Shown here piece by piece: positions 17,215 to 24,844 of a DNA stretch of 28,894 nt. The notes beneath the pieces were generated by a model. The model had not been told where the DNA came from and searched no databases. It saw only the letters and a list, made by a program, of their open reading frames with translations. Every line of letters starts with the position of its first letter. The first letter of the stretch is position 1. The position numbers were made by a program, and so were the translations under genes. The DNA is from a virus (lineage: Duplodnaviria > Caudoviricetes), in IMG/VR virus record IMGVR_UViG_3300030433_001629, positions 1 to 28,894 of that record; one strand, written 5' to 3'.

Positions 17215-17549
17215 GAGATCGTGCTGTTGTCGTCCCCAAACCAAGACAGCGGCTTCTTCTCAGCCACCTCTATCTCCTGGCGTTCAACATAGCCCCGGCT
17301 CTTGCCTCGTGTCTTCAGAAAGAAAATGGTCGCGGCTGGGTTGCCGTCTTTGATTAGCTTGTGCAGGTGCGTCTCTGCGAAGTCCAGAGTCCTGTCGTTC
17401 ACTTGTCTGACCTCCTCGGCGTACTGCTCGTCCTCCTTCAGCCATCTGTAGTGGGTTGTGCGTCCAATCCCTGCCTTCTGGCATGCCGTGCTCACGATGC
17501 CAAGGGACAGCGTCAGCGCGTCTATCATGTTCTTTTTTTGCTGTTCCAT
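17211..17549 (-). CDS. terS: Terminase small subunit, 112 aa
   Basis: HTH-like GIVSTACQKAGIGRTTHYRW and AATIFFLKTRGKSRGYVERQE motifs; upstream of terL. Confidence 0.85.
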   Translation of the reverse strand: MEQQKKNMIDALTLSLGIVSTACQKAGIGRTTHYRWLKEDEQYAEEVRQVNDRTLDFAETHLHKLIKDGNPAATIFFLKTRGKSRGYVERQEIEVAEKKPLSWFGDDNSTIS

Positions 17550-17554
17550 TTGTT

Positions 17555-18823
17555 CTACTTTTTCAGCTCTGCTTTTTTGCCTGTAAAGTCCTCCCATCGT
17601 TTAACGGCCACGTCCACATACTTGGGGTCCAGTTCCATGCCGTAGCACTTTCGTCCTGTCTTTTGGGCTGCAATGATTGTACTGCCTGATCCCACGAATC
17701 CGTCCACGATCAAGTCGCCCATCTGCGTGCTGTTGTAGACCATGTCGACCAACATCTCCACTGGTTTCATCGTTGGGTGGAGGTCGTTCTTCTTGGGCTT
17801 GTCGTGGTGGATCACGGTTCTTGGCAACTCTAACAACTCAATAATCATGGTCAGCAGCTGTTGCTTCGTGTAGCTCTCTATCTTCTTCCACCTGTCTTCC
17901 CAGGTTGCGCCCAGTTGTAGCACGGTCGTGTTGCTCCGGTCCTCTGTGAAGTAGTGACCTGCTCCTGGTTTCCACCCGTATAGACATGGTTCGTGCTGCC
18001 ACTGGTAATCTTGCCGTCCAAGGGTCATGCTGTTTTTGACCCATATCAGGTTCTGCTTCAAGAGCACGCCTGCATCCCGTAGCGCCTTGCGGAAGATATG
18101 GCCTGCGCTGTCCGCGTGCCAAACGTACCAGGCTGCTCCTTTGCGCGTGTGATCATTCATGCGTTCGAATCCCTCTGTCAGGAACGTCTCAAAGCGGGCC
18201 TCGCTCATCTTGTCGTTCTTGATTTTCTGTCCGTCGCTGCCTTCGTAGTCCACGTTGTAGGGTGGGTCTGTGAGAATCATGTCTGCTAAGTCCTCCTCCA
18301 TGAGCTTGTTCCAATCCAAGGGGTCCAGGGTATCTCCGCACATCAGCTTGTGATTGCCAAGAATCCACACGTCTCCGTATTTGGTGATTGCCTCGTCTGG
18401 TATATCTGGCACCTCGTTTGGGTCCGTCTCTCCGTCTTCTTCGGTTTCCAAGGTGGGCACCTCCATGCCCCAATCCAGGAGCTGCTCGTGGTCCCACCCA
18501 TTTGCGATCATGTCGAAGTCCCACTCCCCGTAGCTCAGGTTGTCCTTGATGACAAACTCTTGGCGCTGTTGCTCTGTCCAGTCGACCGTCTTGACGGGCA
18601 CCTCTGTTAGTCCGGCTTCAATGGCAGCCGCCAGTCGCATATTGCCACCGAGCACCACTCCGTCTTGCCCCACCACGATGGGTCGTGCTTGGAGCATCTC
18701 TGGGAACTCCTGGATGGATTTGACGAGCTTCTCGAACTTCTCGCCTGTTATGGTCCTGGGGTTCTCTGGGTTTTTTTGGATCGCGTGGATGTCCGTCATG
18801 GTCCACTGGTTATGGTCGCTCAT
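17555..18823 (-). CDS. ParB-like N-terminal domain fused to an amino (N6/N4) DNA methyltransferase, 422 aa
   Basis: NPENPR...PIVV...VLGGNMRL ParB/Srx-like N-terminus; DPPY catalytic motif; HPTMKP; DGFVGSGST SAM-binding motif. Confidence 0.9.
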   Translation of the reverse strand: MSDHNQWTMTDIHAIQKNPENPRTITGEKFEKLVKSIQEFPEMLQARPIVVGQDGVVLGGNMRLAAAIEAGLTEVPVKTVDWTEQQRQEFVIKDNLSYGEWDFDMIANGWDHEQLLDWGMEVPTLETEEDGETDPNEVPDIPDEAITKYGDVWILGNHKLMCGDTLDPLDWNKLMEEDLADMILTDPPYNVDYEGSDGQKIKNDKMSEARFETFLTEGFERMNDHTRKGAAWYVWHADSAGHIFRKALRDAGVLLKQNLIWVKNSMTLGRQDYQWQHEPCLYGWKPGAGHYFTEDRSNTTVLQLGATWEDRWKKIESYTKQQLLTMIIELLELPRTVIHHDKPKKNDLHPTMKPVEMLVDMVYNSTQMGDLIVDGFVGSGSTIIAAQKTGRKCYGMELDPKYVDVAVKRWEDFTGKKAELKK

Positions 18824-19566
18824 TTCTTAGGGCTTTTGGGGTGCTTGCTTGGCAACAGGTCGTAGTCCGTGGTGTACTTCTTGTTCTGTGGTCTCCCGTT
18901 CTTGATGAGGTAGAGGTAGGCGTTGACGCGGGCCAGCCCCCATTGTTGACTGCTTTGGACCTTGGGGCTGTGCGAAGTTTGGAAAGCGCCCACGCCGCGT
19001 TGGTAAACCGTCCGAAGTTGTGCCACCGAGGTTCCGTATCCGAGCTTCTTCTTGTATTTCTCGTTGAACTCGTCGCTCTTCTTCTTGAGTGTCTTCTCCA
19101 CTTGCGCTGGAACCTTAACACCTCGCGTGTTGGATGCGGCTCCTGGTTTGTTCTTAGTGCTCCCGCGCTTTGGGTTTGGGTTGGGCGTTCCACTCTTGGG
19201 TGCCTTCTTGCTTCGTTTAACGCCTCCTCTTGGCCCTACGGTAGCCAAGTCGACCCCGAGCTCCTTCAGCTTGCTTTCGCTCCATCTCTTGCCCGCCTTG
19301 CCGCCCCACAGCAGGTAGCTAATGGTCCCACACTTCTTGGTGTCGGACTCGTCGTAGTAAACCTCGGCCCTGGAAAGGTAGGCGTACATACGACGAATCG
19401 TAGCCAGGGTGATCGGGCGCTTGTTCATCAGTTGTTGCGCTCTGATTTTGCCGACGCTTGTCGCGCACTTGTTTCCGACCTTGCTGTTGAGGTCAATGCC
19501 ACGCTTGGCGTTGTTGGACACCGCATCCGGGTAGTCCGTGTAGGAGTCGAATTGTCTATGAGTCAT
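18820..19566 (-). CDS. Very basic two-domain protein, 248 aa (C-terminal DUF5824-like)
   Basis: N-domain YTDYP...RAQQL...CGTISYLLWGG; C-domain LRTVYQRG.GA...S..QWGLARVN...DYDL, recalled as DUF5824-like; ATGA-coupled to the MTase gene. Confidence 0.7.
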   Translation of the reverse strand: MTHRQFDSYTDYPDAVSNNAKRGIDLNSKVGNKCATSVGKIRAQQLMNKRPITLATIRRMYAYLSRAEVYYDESDTKKCGTISYLLWGGKAGKRWSESKLKELGVDLATVGPRGGVKRSKKAPKSGTPNPNPKRGSTKNKPGAASNTRGVKVPAQVEKTLKKKSDEFNEKYKKKLGYGTSVAQLRTVYQRGVGAFQTSHSPKVQSSQQWGLARVNAYLYLIKNGRPQNKKYTTDYDLLPSKHPKSPKK

Positions 19567-19933
19567 GACATGATTTTTGATATACGCGCTTCAGCCGTGT
19601 GTGGATCCGGCGAATGGTTCCGGAGCAGCTGCATGGCTTCCACTTGATGTTGAACGTTTCGAGGTAAAGTTTAGACAGAACTTGCTTTGCTTCTGGTGTG
19701 AATCGGTCATTCGTGTATGCCGGGATGATCACCTCCTCCCACAGTTTCATCTGCTCCTGGTTCATCTGCACAACATCGAGGTTTGGGAACATCGCGTTCA
19801 GTTGTGCTTGCCTCTCGTCGCACCCGCAGTCCTCTCCCACAGCTGCCTTGACCAGTTTGTCTATTCGTGTGGCCTTGGTGAACTGCGCGACGCGATCCCC
19901 GAGTCCTTTAGATTTTTTTCTTGATGTGCTCAC
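19556..19933 (-). CDS. Conserved Cys-containing hypothetical protein, 125 aa
   Basis: SKGLGD...TKAT.I....DCGCDER...LN and PCSC motifs; overlaps the 3' end of the sigma gene. Confidence 0.7.
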   Translation of the reverse strand: MSTSRKKSKGLGDRVAQFTKATRIDKLVKAAVGEDCGCDERQAQLNAMFPNLDVVQMNQEQMKLWEEVIIPAYTNDRFTPEAKQVLSKLYLETFNIKWKPCSCSGTIRRIHTRLKRVYQKSCHDS

Positions 19934-20405
19934 GGCATTTCTTGATTGATGAGTGGAGTGTGTGTCGGCTGATGCCTGTGCTCTTTGCCAGGCTGTTCAA
20001 GCTATGTCCCTCCTCGTAATAAATAGAAAACACCGCCGCGTCGAACCATGGCACCTCGGCCAGTGCTTCGTCTATGGTTTGCAGCATCTTCTCTCTGCGG
20101 TGTTCGTACGATCCTGGTTCGCTCCATGCCTTTATCCAATGCGCCAACTGTCGGCGGCGTATCTCGTCTTTGCGGTACTTGTAATGCCAGGGACTCGTCT
20201 TGCTTCTGTAGTTGCGGAGCATCATTTTGATTATCCAGAACTTCAGATCACCCGTGTCGACTAAGTCTTGGACCTTCCTTGCGTCTTGGTCATACACTTG
20301 CAGAATCACCTCGTGAGCTAAGTCTTCGGCATGGCTTGGGGCCACCTGTTTAGCTGCTTTGATGATTTCTGTGTAGTGTGTTGAGACGTAATCGTTTAGG
20401 GTCAC
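19908..20405 (-). CDS. ECF-type (sigma-70 family) sigma factor-like protein, 165 aa
   Basis: Region-2-like AEDLAHEVIL and region-4 HTH YYEEGHSLNSLAKSTGISRHTL; GTG start. Confidence 0.75.
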   Translation of the reverse strand: MTLNDYVSTHYTEIIKAAKQVAPSHAEDLAHEVILQVYDQDARKVQDLVDTGDLKFWIIKMMLRNYRSKTSPWHYKYRKDEIRRRQLAHWIKAWSEPGSYEHRREKMLQTIDEALAEVPWFDAAVFSIYYEEGHSLNSLAKSTGISRHTLHSSIKKCREHIKKKI

Positions 20406-20423
20406 GTGTATAAAATTCGACCA

Positions 20424-20816
20424 TTAGTATCCGTTTGTTCTCCGGTACTGCGTGTAGTTATTGACAAGCTCTTGCAGTTCGGGGATGCTCCACTTGCGTG
20501 TCTGGTTGCTTTCTGTTTCTATTTTCTCTGCCGTCCCTGGTCCGTAGTCCTGGTCTAAATGCCTGGCGAACTTAAACTGCTCGCCGCTTCGGAAGCCATT
20601 GCAGCGTTTACACTGCGGCTTGACATTGCGTGGATCCCACCTTGTGGAAAACTTGCCCCGGCTTTGAAAGTGCCCGGCATCCATCTTCTTCCAATGCTCG
20701 ACCTTGTCACACGTATAGCACTGATTCATACCACGATGGTCTGCGTCCTTGGTGCGGATGTAAATCGAGAAGAGTTGATCCAGCTTCTTGATGAGCTTCT
20801 GTCGTGTGGTCCCCAT
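20424..20816 (-). CDS. ninG: NinG/Rap-family recombination endonuclease, 130 aa
   Basis: LDQLFSIYIR.KD, CYTC, DAGHF.SR, RWD..N...QC..CN motifs. Confidence 0.9.
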   Translation of the reverse strand: MGTTRQKLIKKLDQLFSIYIRTKDADHRGMNQCYTCDKVEHWKKMDAGHFQSRGKFSTRWDPRNVKPQCKRCNGFRSGEQFKFARHLDQDYGPGTAEKIETESNQTRKWSIPELQELVNNYTQYRRTNGY

Positions 20817-20824
20817 GCTATAAA

Positions 20825-20846
20825 ATATAAAACGCTACACTTTATC
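20825..20846 (-). promoter_or_regulatory. Candidate late-type promoter before ninG-sigma (GATAAAG-N9-TTATAT)
   Basis: TTATAT 8 nt before the ninG ATG, inside a 38-bp divergent intergenic gap. Confidence 0.4.
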
Positions 20847-20854
20847 TTTTGGGC

Positions 20855-21109
20855 ATGAAGTCCTACCTCCTCTTGCTTGTCTTGGTCCTGGGCAGCTGTG
20901 CTTCTGTTCCCACCAAGCTGTACGAACGCCCGCACTTGTTCTCTGGTGCTTTGCTTCTGGACACCTACTGGGACGGTGAGCATCCGGTGCAAACCTTCCA
21001 CGTCGTCTTTTGTCCTGGCGAGTCCTTCGTTGATGGCCTGGGCAATCTCTACACCGTCGTGGCCTTGGAAAATGGTTGCTTTGCTTTGGAGGTCAGCTTG
21101 GAGAAGTAA
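20855..21109 (+). CDS. Small lipoprotein, 84 aa
   Basis: MKSYLLLLVLVLGS-C: basic N-terminus, hydrophobic core and lipobox Cys. Confidence 0.65.
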   Translation: MKSYLLLLVLVLGSCASVPTKLYERPHLFSGALLLDTYWDGEHPVQTFHVVFCPGESFVDGLGNLYTVVALENGCFALEVSLEK

Positions 21110-21139
21110 CCTTGCACACAGCTGCTGCGTATAATCCGC

Positions 21140-21301
21140 ATGTGGTCGACCTACATCATGGACTTGCTCTTGCTCTTGCAAGCATTTGGCGAGACCCCTG
21201 CTCCAGGGAGTGATGCGTATGAGTTGGATTTCAATGGCAACGGGTCCATTGACATGTTTGATTTCCTGGAGATGCTTTCCCAACAGCCGCCAATCTTATG
21301 A
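21140..21301 (+). CDS. EF-hand/dockerin-like micro-protein, 53 aa
   Basis: Hand-translated MWSTYIMDLLLLLQAFGETPAPGSDAYELDFNGNGSIDMFDFLEMLSQQPPIL; canonical 12-residue loop DFNGNGSIDMFD; ATGA-coupled to the next gene. Confidence 0.7.
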   Translation: MWSTYIMDLLLLLQAFGETPAPGSDAYELDFNGNGSIDMFDFLEMLSQQPPIL

Positions 21302-21537
21302 ATGAGCACCTCCCTCCCCACGTCCACCAAGTCATCGAGGTTGTCTCGTCTCGTGACTTCAAATTCGTTCACATCGATGCGGGCATGGGGGAGGGACTGT
21401 TGCCTCGGACGTTCACGATCACAAGTGAGGAGGAGGTCATTGATTCCTTGCTCTATCCTGTCATTGACAGGATGGTTCGGCGTGAGTTCCCAGAGCTCAA
21501 GGACGTTGCCTTAACGGTGCGGATCAAGTGGGTTTAG
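21298..21537 (+). CDS. Hypothetical protein, 79 aa
   Basis: ATGA-coupled to the EF-hand ORF; its stop overlaps the stop of the convergent MTase gene. Confidence 0.6.
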   Translation: MNEHLPPHVHQVIEVVSSRDFKFVHIDAGMGEGLLPRTFTITSEEEVIDSLLYPVIDRMVRREFPELKDVALTVRIKWV

Positions 21538-22229
21538 GGCTTTGGTGTTAGCAACGTCATTTGAGCAAAGAACATTCCCATCTCTTTTTGCATTCGCTCC
21601 TCTGATAGTTGAAAATATTTTTCGCTTATTTCGCTCCCGCAATAGAAGCGGTTATTGATCGCGCACACCAGTGATGTCGTCCCGGTGCCGTTGAATGGGT
21701 CGTAGATAAAATCGCCTTCGTTCGTGAAGTTCAAGATTATAAATTGAGCGGCTTTCGAGTGCATGACGGCCTTATGCTCGTCGAACCCTTGCGTCACGCT
21801 TGTCCTAAAATGGTTTTTTACATACGTTTTGTTTGCCTTGAAGGACGAACCGAACACAAGGATGAACTCGTAAGCATTCGTGACGTTGTGACCATTTGAC
21901 GGATTCGGGTTGCTCTTCTCCCAAACGATGACGTCGTAAAGGTCGTCTGCAAAATGGTGCATCAAATTGTAGACGTCTTTCTTATTGTACATTGTTTTTT
22001 GGATGTTGAAAAAGACGTTATTCTTTGTCACTCTCAAACATTCGTCAATGATTTCGACGAGCCATTCGTAATAATTGTCGACGTTGTCGTCGTAGTCGGC
22101 ATACTTGTCGTTTCGTTTTCGGTTATAGGGCGGACTCGTTAGAATAAAATCGACGCTGTTGTCAGGCATACGTCTCATCGTTTCCAAACAATCTTCGTTA
22201 TAAATGGTGTTTTTTTCGGGCGTGTTCAT
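21534..22229 (-). CDS. Amino DNA methyltransferase (SPPY type, probably N4-cytosine), ~231 aa
   Basis: ILTSPPYN catalytic motif, H.A.M and YDPFNGTGTT SAM motif; TGATG overlap with the upstream gene; AT-rich. Confidence 0.9.
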   Translation of the reverse strand: MNTPEKNTIYNEDCLETMRRMPDNSVDFILTSPPYNRKRNDKYADYDDNVDNYYEWLVEIIDECLRVTKNNVFFNIQKTMYNKKDVYNLMHHFADDLYDVIVWEKSNPNPSNGHNVTNAYEFILVFGSSFKANKTYVKNHFRTSVTQGFDEHKAVMHSKAAQFIILNFTNEGDFIYDPFNGTGTTSLVCAINNRFYCGSEISEKYFQLSEERMQKEMGMFFAQMTLLTPKP

Positions 22230-22849
22230 CACTTAATGGGGAGGGCGCTTTTGATTACTTCAATGCCTAACTCATGCGGTATCATGCTGCGTTCGTAGTT
22301 GCCTTTGCGCCCTTGGGTTCCTGTCTTAGAACCTCTCGGGGCTGCTACATGACAAGACGATCCTGGTTTACACATCGGACGGGGCACCCACTCTTTGCTG
22401 TTTGTCCAGATGTCTGTGGGCTTCATTCGTTCGTCACCGTACTGGCAGTAGGTCACTGTGTGTCTTGGCAGCTTTTGCATCATGGCTTGTTTGCGTAGCA
22501 TGCCTCTTGGATTCTCCACAAACCACACGGCAGGTTGGATTGCCTCTATGAGTTGCAGGGTGTGCTCGACGAGCCGTATGCCTAATTTGGCCGTCTCTGT
22601 TTTTGGGGTTCGGTCTGGGTTCCAATGATGACCAATCGAAGCAACGCTAAAACCAGTGCAGGGTGGGCTTGCCCATAGTATAGTGTTTTCACCTTGGTGT
22701 GGGATGTCGTCAGCCGTCAGGGTCAGAATATCTGCGACGCAGTCAATGCCACCAAATTGATGAATGTCTGTAGTCCAGGTATCGACTCCCAACTCCTCAG
22801 CCGCTTTGCTGATGCTGCGGCTCCCTGCGAACAGTTCTATTAGAATCAT
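22229..22849 (-). CDS. C5-cytosine DNA methyltransferase (short phage type), 206 aa
   Basis: Motif I ELFAGS, motif IV WASPPC, motif VI VENP, and YCQYG...KPTDIW. Confidence 0.85.
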   Translation of the reverse strand: MILIELFAGSRSISKAAEELGVDTWTTDIHQFGGIDCVADILTLTADDIPHQGENTILWASPPCTGFSVASIGHHWNPDRTPKTETAKLGIRLVEHTLQLIEAIQPAVWFVENPRGMLRKQAMMQKLPRHTVTYCQYGDERMKPTDIWTNSKEWVPRPMCKPGSSCHVAAPRGSKTGTQGRKGNYERSMIPHELGIEVIKSALPIK

Positions 22850-22989
22850 AGTGCTAATGCCAGGCCGCTCAGGACGCAGACGAGGATTGTGAAGATTCGG
22901 AACTCTTCGGCGATGTAGTATTCGATTCCAACTTGGGCGAAGCCGATGACGAAGATGGCGAGGAGGAGTCCGTCTGTTGCTGTGTACAT
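22846..22989 (-). CDS. Small two-TM membrane protein, 47 aa
   Basis: Hand-translated MYTATDGLLLAIFVIGFAQVGIEYYIAEEFRIFTILVCVLSGLALAL; stop overlaps the C5 MTase ATG (ATGA). Confidence 0.6.
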   Translation of the reverse strand: MYTATDGLLLAIFVIGFAQVGIEYYIAEEFRIFTILVCVLSGLALAL

Positions 22990-23645
22990 GGTTCTTTGGG
23001 TTTAATCTGTCCGAGCTCGATGAGGTCTTGCTCAGTTAGAGATATAAAACCCAGCGCTTTGCGCCGTTTCTCTTTGCGCCTTCGCTCGCTCTCCTCCTTG
23101 TATTTGACCGGATCCCACTTGAGCTCTTGGCCTGGTGCCAAGCTGCGCGTGTCCGGGTTGTGGACGTGCAGTCGTTCAAGCAACTCCGAGCGCCTGGACT
23201 CCCACTTGCGGCAGACCTCCATAATCTCTGGCAGCTTCAGCTTGTTGTATAGCTTGTGCTTGCCTCGGGCAATCTCCTGAAAGATGAGCTTAAACTCCTC
23301 CAGCTTCATCGCAGGGAACTCCTCCGTCAGTGCTCGTATCGTTTCTTTGAGTTCGTAGTCGTCTTCTATCGTGGACCCGGCACCGACCATCTTCAGGCAT
23401 AGTCCGAGTTCTTTAATGAGGAAGGCGCGAGTGATTTGGGGGTAGTGCCGTAGCGCGGTCCTAATATTGGAGCCCTGTGTCCAGGCTGCCTCTGGTTTCA
23501 GGGGCATGCTCTCGTTTTGGATCAGGCTTGCCTCCATCATCTGTATGGTTTGATGCGTGATTTTACCCGTTTCTAATAAAGTCGTCGAGTCCTTCAGGGT
23601 CGAAATTGCCAGAGTTAAACCCTCGGCGCTTTTTGGTTGGTTCAT
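22869..23645 (-). CDS. Putative helicase loader-like replication protein (start uncertain)
   Basis: Follows the initiator gene, in the lambda P position; LEEFKL.F.....G...LYN.L pattern recalled from Bacteroidota phage proteins. The Ser-rich tail overlaps the 47-aa ORF. Confidence 0.55.
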   Translation of the reverse strand: MNQPKSAEGLTLAISTLKDSTTLLETGKITHQTIQMMEASLIQNESMPLKPEAAWTQGSNIRTALRHYPQITRAFLIKELGLCLKMVGAGSTIEDDYELKETIRALTEEFPAMKLEEFKLIFQEIARGKHKLYNKLKLPEIMEVCRKWESRRSELLERLHVHNPDTRSLAPGQELKWDPVKYKEESERRRKEKRRKALGFISLTEQDLIELGQIKPKEPCTQQQTDSSSPSSSSASPKLESNTTSPKSSESSQSSSAS

Positions 23646-24276
23646 TGCGTGTCCATTTTGCGACGGCGTGCCGCCATGATTTCATTGCGTTTCGGCCCAC
23701 TTTCCATCCGTTGCTTTCGTAATGGTCCAGGAAGTCCTGGGCGATCTGTCGCGGATCCGGTGCGCCCTTCTTTGTGAACTCCTCGACAAGCATTTCGAAG
23801 GTGGGCCTTTCCATGTGTCTTTTCTTGTTGTCAGTACCTGTAGTCAGTACCTGGTATTGGTTCGGCTTTTCTGCCACATCCATTTGGCTTTCTTGCCACT
23901 TCAATTTGGCAGGTTTGCCACGTCCATCTGGCACGTTTGCCACTTGAGTCCGGGCCTCGTAAAACGCCCAGAGCTCCTCGTCCAAGGTCCACCATGATGT
24001 TCGGTCGTATCCTTTCTCATTGAACCTGTCCCTAATCAGTGCGTTGGCTGTAATCAAGTTTTCAAGTCGCCGCCGCAGTTGGTCCTTGGTCCAAAATGGA
24101 AACCAGGCGGCCATGCCTCGCACGGAGTTGTATGTCCAATAGGTGCCTTGGCGGTAGTTGCGTCCTTCGGCTTTGTTCTTAAAAACCCAATAGGCGACGT
24201 GGTGGATCAGGATCGACCCATCCACGCCGTACCTATCGGTAAGCTCTACAGGAAAGTGGATGTCTCTTCTTACCAC
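23563..24276 (-). CDS. Replication initiator protein, 237 aa
   Basis: Winged-helix-type N-terminus (YW..KN...YWTYNS....FPFW...RR.L..L, DRTSW), C-terminal F.DHYESNGWKVG.N.MKSW domain, and internal iterons. Confidence 0.8.
   Translation of the reverse strand: MVRRDIHFPVELTDRYGVDGSILIHHVAYWVFKNKAEGRNYRQGTYWTYNSVRGMAAWFPFWTKDQLRRRLENLITANALIRDRFNEKGYDRTSWWTLDEELWAFYEARTQVANVPDGRGKPAKLKWQESQMDVAEKPNQYQVLTTGTDNKKRHMERPTFEMLVEEFTKKGAPDPRQIAQDFLDHYESNGWKVGRNAMKSWRHAVAKWTRNEPTKKRRGFNSGNFDPEGLDDFIRNG
23861..23948. repeat. Four tandem 22-bp iterons (putative replication origin)
   Basis: ttcggcttttctgccacatcca / tttggctttcttgccacttcaa / tttggcaggtttgccacgtcca / tctggcacgtttgccacttgag; each has a GGC-N6-GCC dyad. 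Confidence 0.8.
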
Positions 24277-24458
24277 TTGTCCTGTCCTGTTAGCTTGGTT
24301 AGTCGTAAGGCCACGCGTTCCATCCTACTGCTGATGCGGTTCTTCTCCACCTGGGTCTTGCTTTGCAAGTGCTCCCATAGCAGCTTGTGGCGTTCTTCGC
24401 GTAGTCGTTGAATCTCCAAGATGTCGCCTGGTCTTATTGGTTGTCGTCCTTGTCCCAT
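24270..24458 (-). CDS. Hypothetical protein, 62 aa
   Basis: Fills the gap between the SSB-like and initiator genes, with short overlaps. Confidence 0.55.
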   Translation of the reverse strand: MGQGRQPIRPGDILEIQRLREERHKLLWEHLQSKTQVEKNRISSRMERVALRLTKLTGQDKW

Positions 24459-24844
24459 GATTCAAGAACGGTGACGTACATCTTTGCTGTTTCAAGCAGC
24501 AGCATGTGGTCCGGGTTCTGTCCGTGAAGGTGAACCGCTGCGCACTTGATGGCCCATTGACGTTTAATCTGCTCGTTGCGGTCTTCGCGTCCGCTGTAGT
24601 TGCTGCTGTCTGCACGCCCTCCATAGCCAATCTTGCGCTTGATGTTCAAGCCGGGCAGCTCGCCCGCGTTGCGTGCTTGCCTCATTTCGTATTCGACCTC
24701 CTGGCCTTGCTCAATCCACGGGTTGTTGTTCTTCTTGAACAGCTTGGCAACGTCTCCGTTTTCCATTTCGACTTCCCACGTGTAGTAGGCTCCTTGGGTG
24801 CCGAGCGACTGAATCGCACGGACTTTGCTTGTCTTACTTTCCAT
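24434..24844 (-). CDS. Hypothetical protein, possible ssDNA-binding (OB-fold-like), 136 aa
   Basis: KTSKV..Q..GT...Y..EV.MENGD...GQEVEYE beta-rich N-terminus; located in the replication module. Function is an inference. Confidence 0.55.
   Translation of the reverse strand: MESKTSKVRAIQSLGTQGAYYTWEVEMENGDVAKLFKKNNNPWIEQGQEVEYEMRQARNAGELPGLNIKRKIGYGGRADSSNYSGREDRNEQIKRQWAIKCAAVHLHGQNPDHMLLLETAKMYVTVLESWDKDDNQ

Noticed and set aside
18841-19647. 268-aa plus-strand ORF and the other long antisense ORFs
   Set aside because: Fully opposite well-supported genes, with V/L/G-biased shadow composition and no expression signals.
19913-19919. A7 run as a frameshift fusing the sigma to the next ORF
   Set aside because: It would need a +1 shift, and the downstream ORF has its own GTG start; no further support.
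21112-21135. TTGCAC...TATAAT as a sigma-70 promoter
   Set aside because: The spacer is only 12 nt and the inferred host uses a different consensus.
23929-23942. TGGCACGTTTGC as a sigma-54 promoter
   Set aside because: The spacing is too short for -24/-12, and it is one of the iteron units.
23861-23948. Repeats as a mini-CRISPR array
   Set aside because: Contiguous 22-bp units with no spacers, inside a CDS; no cas genes.
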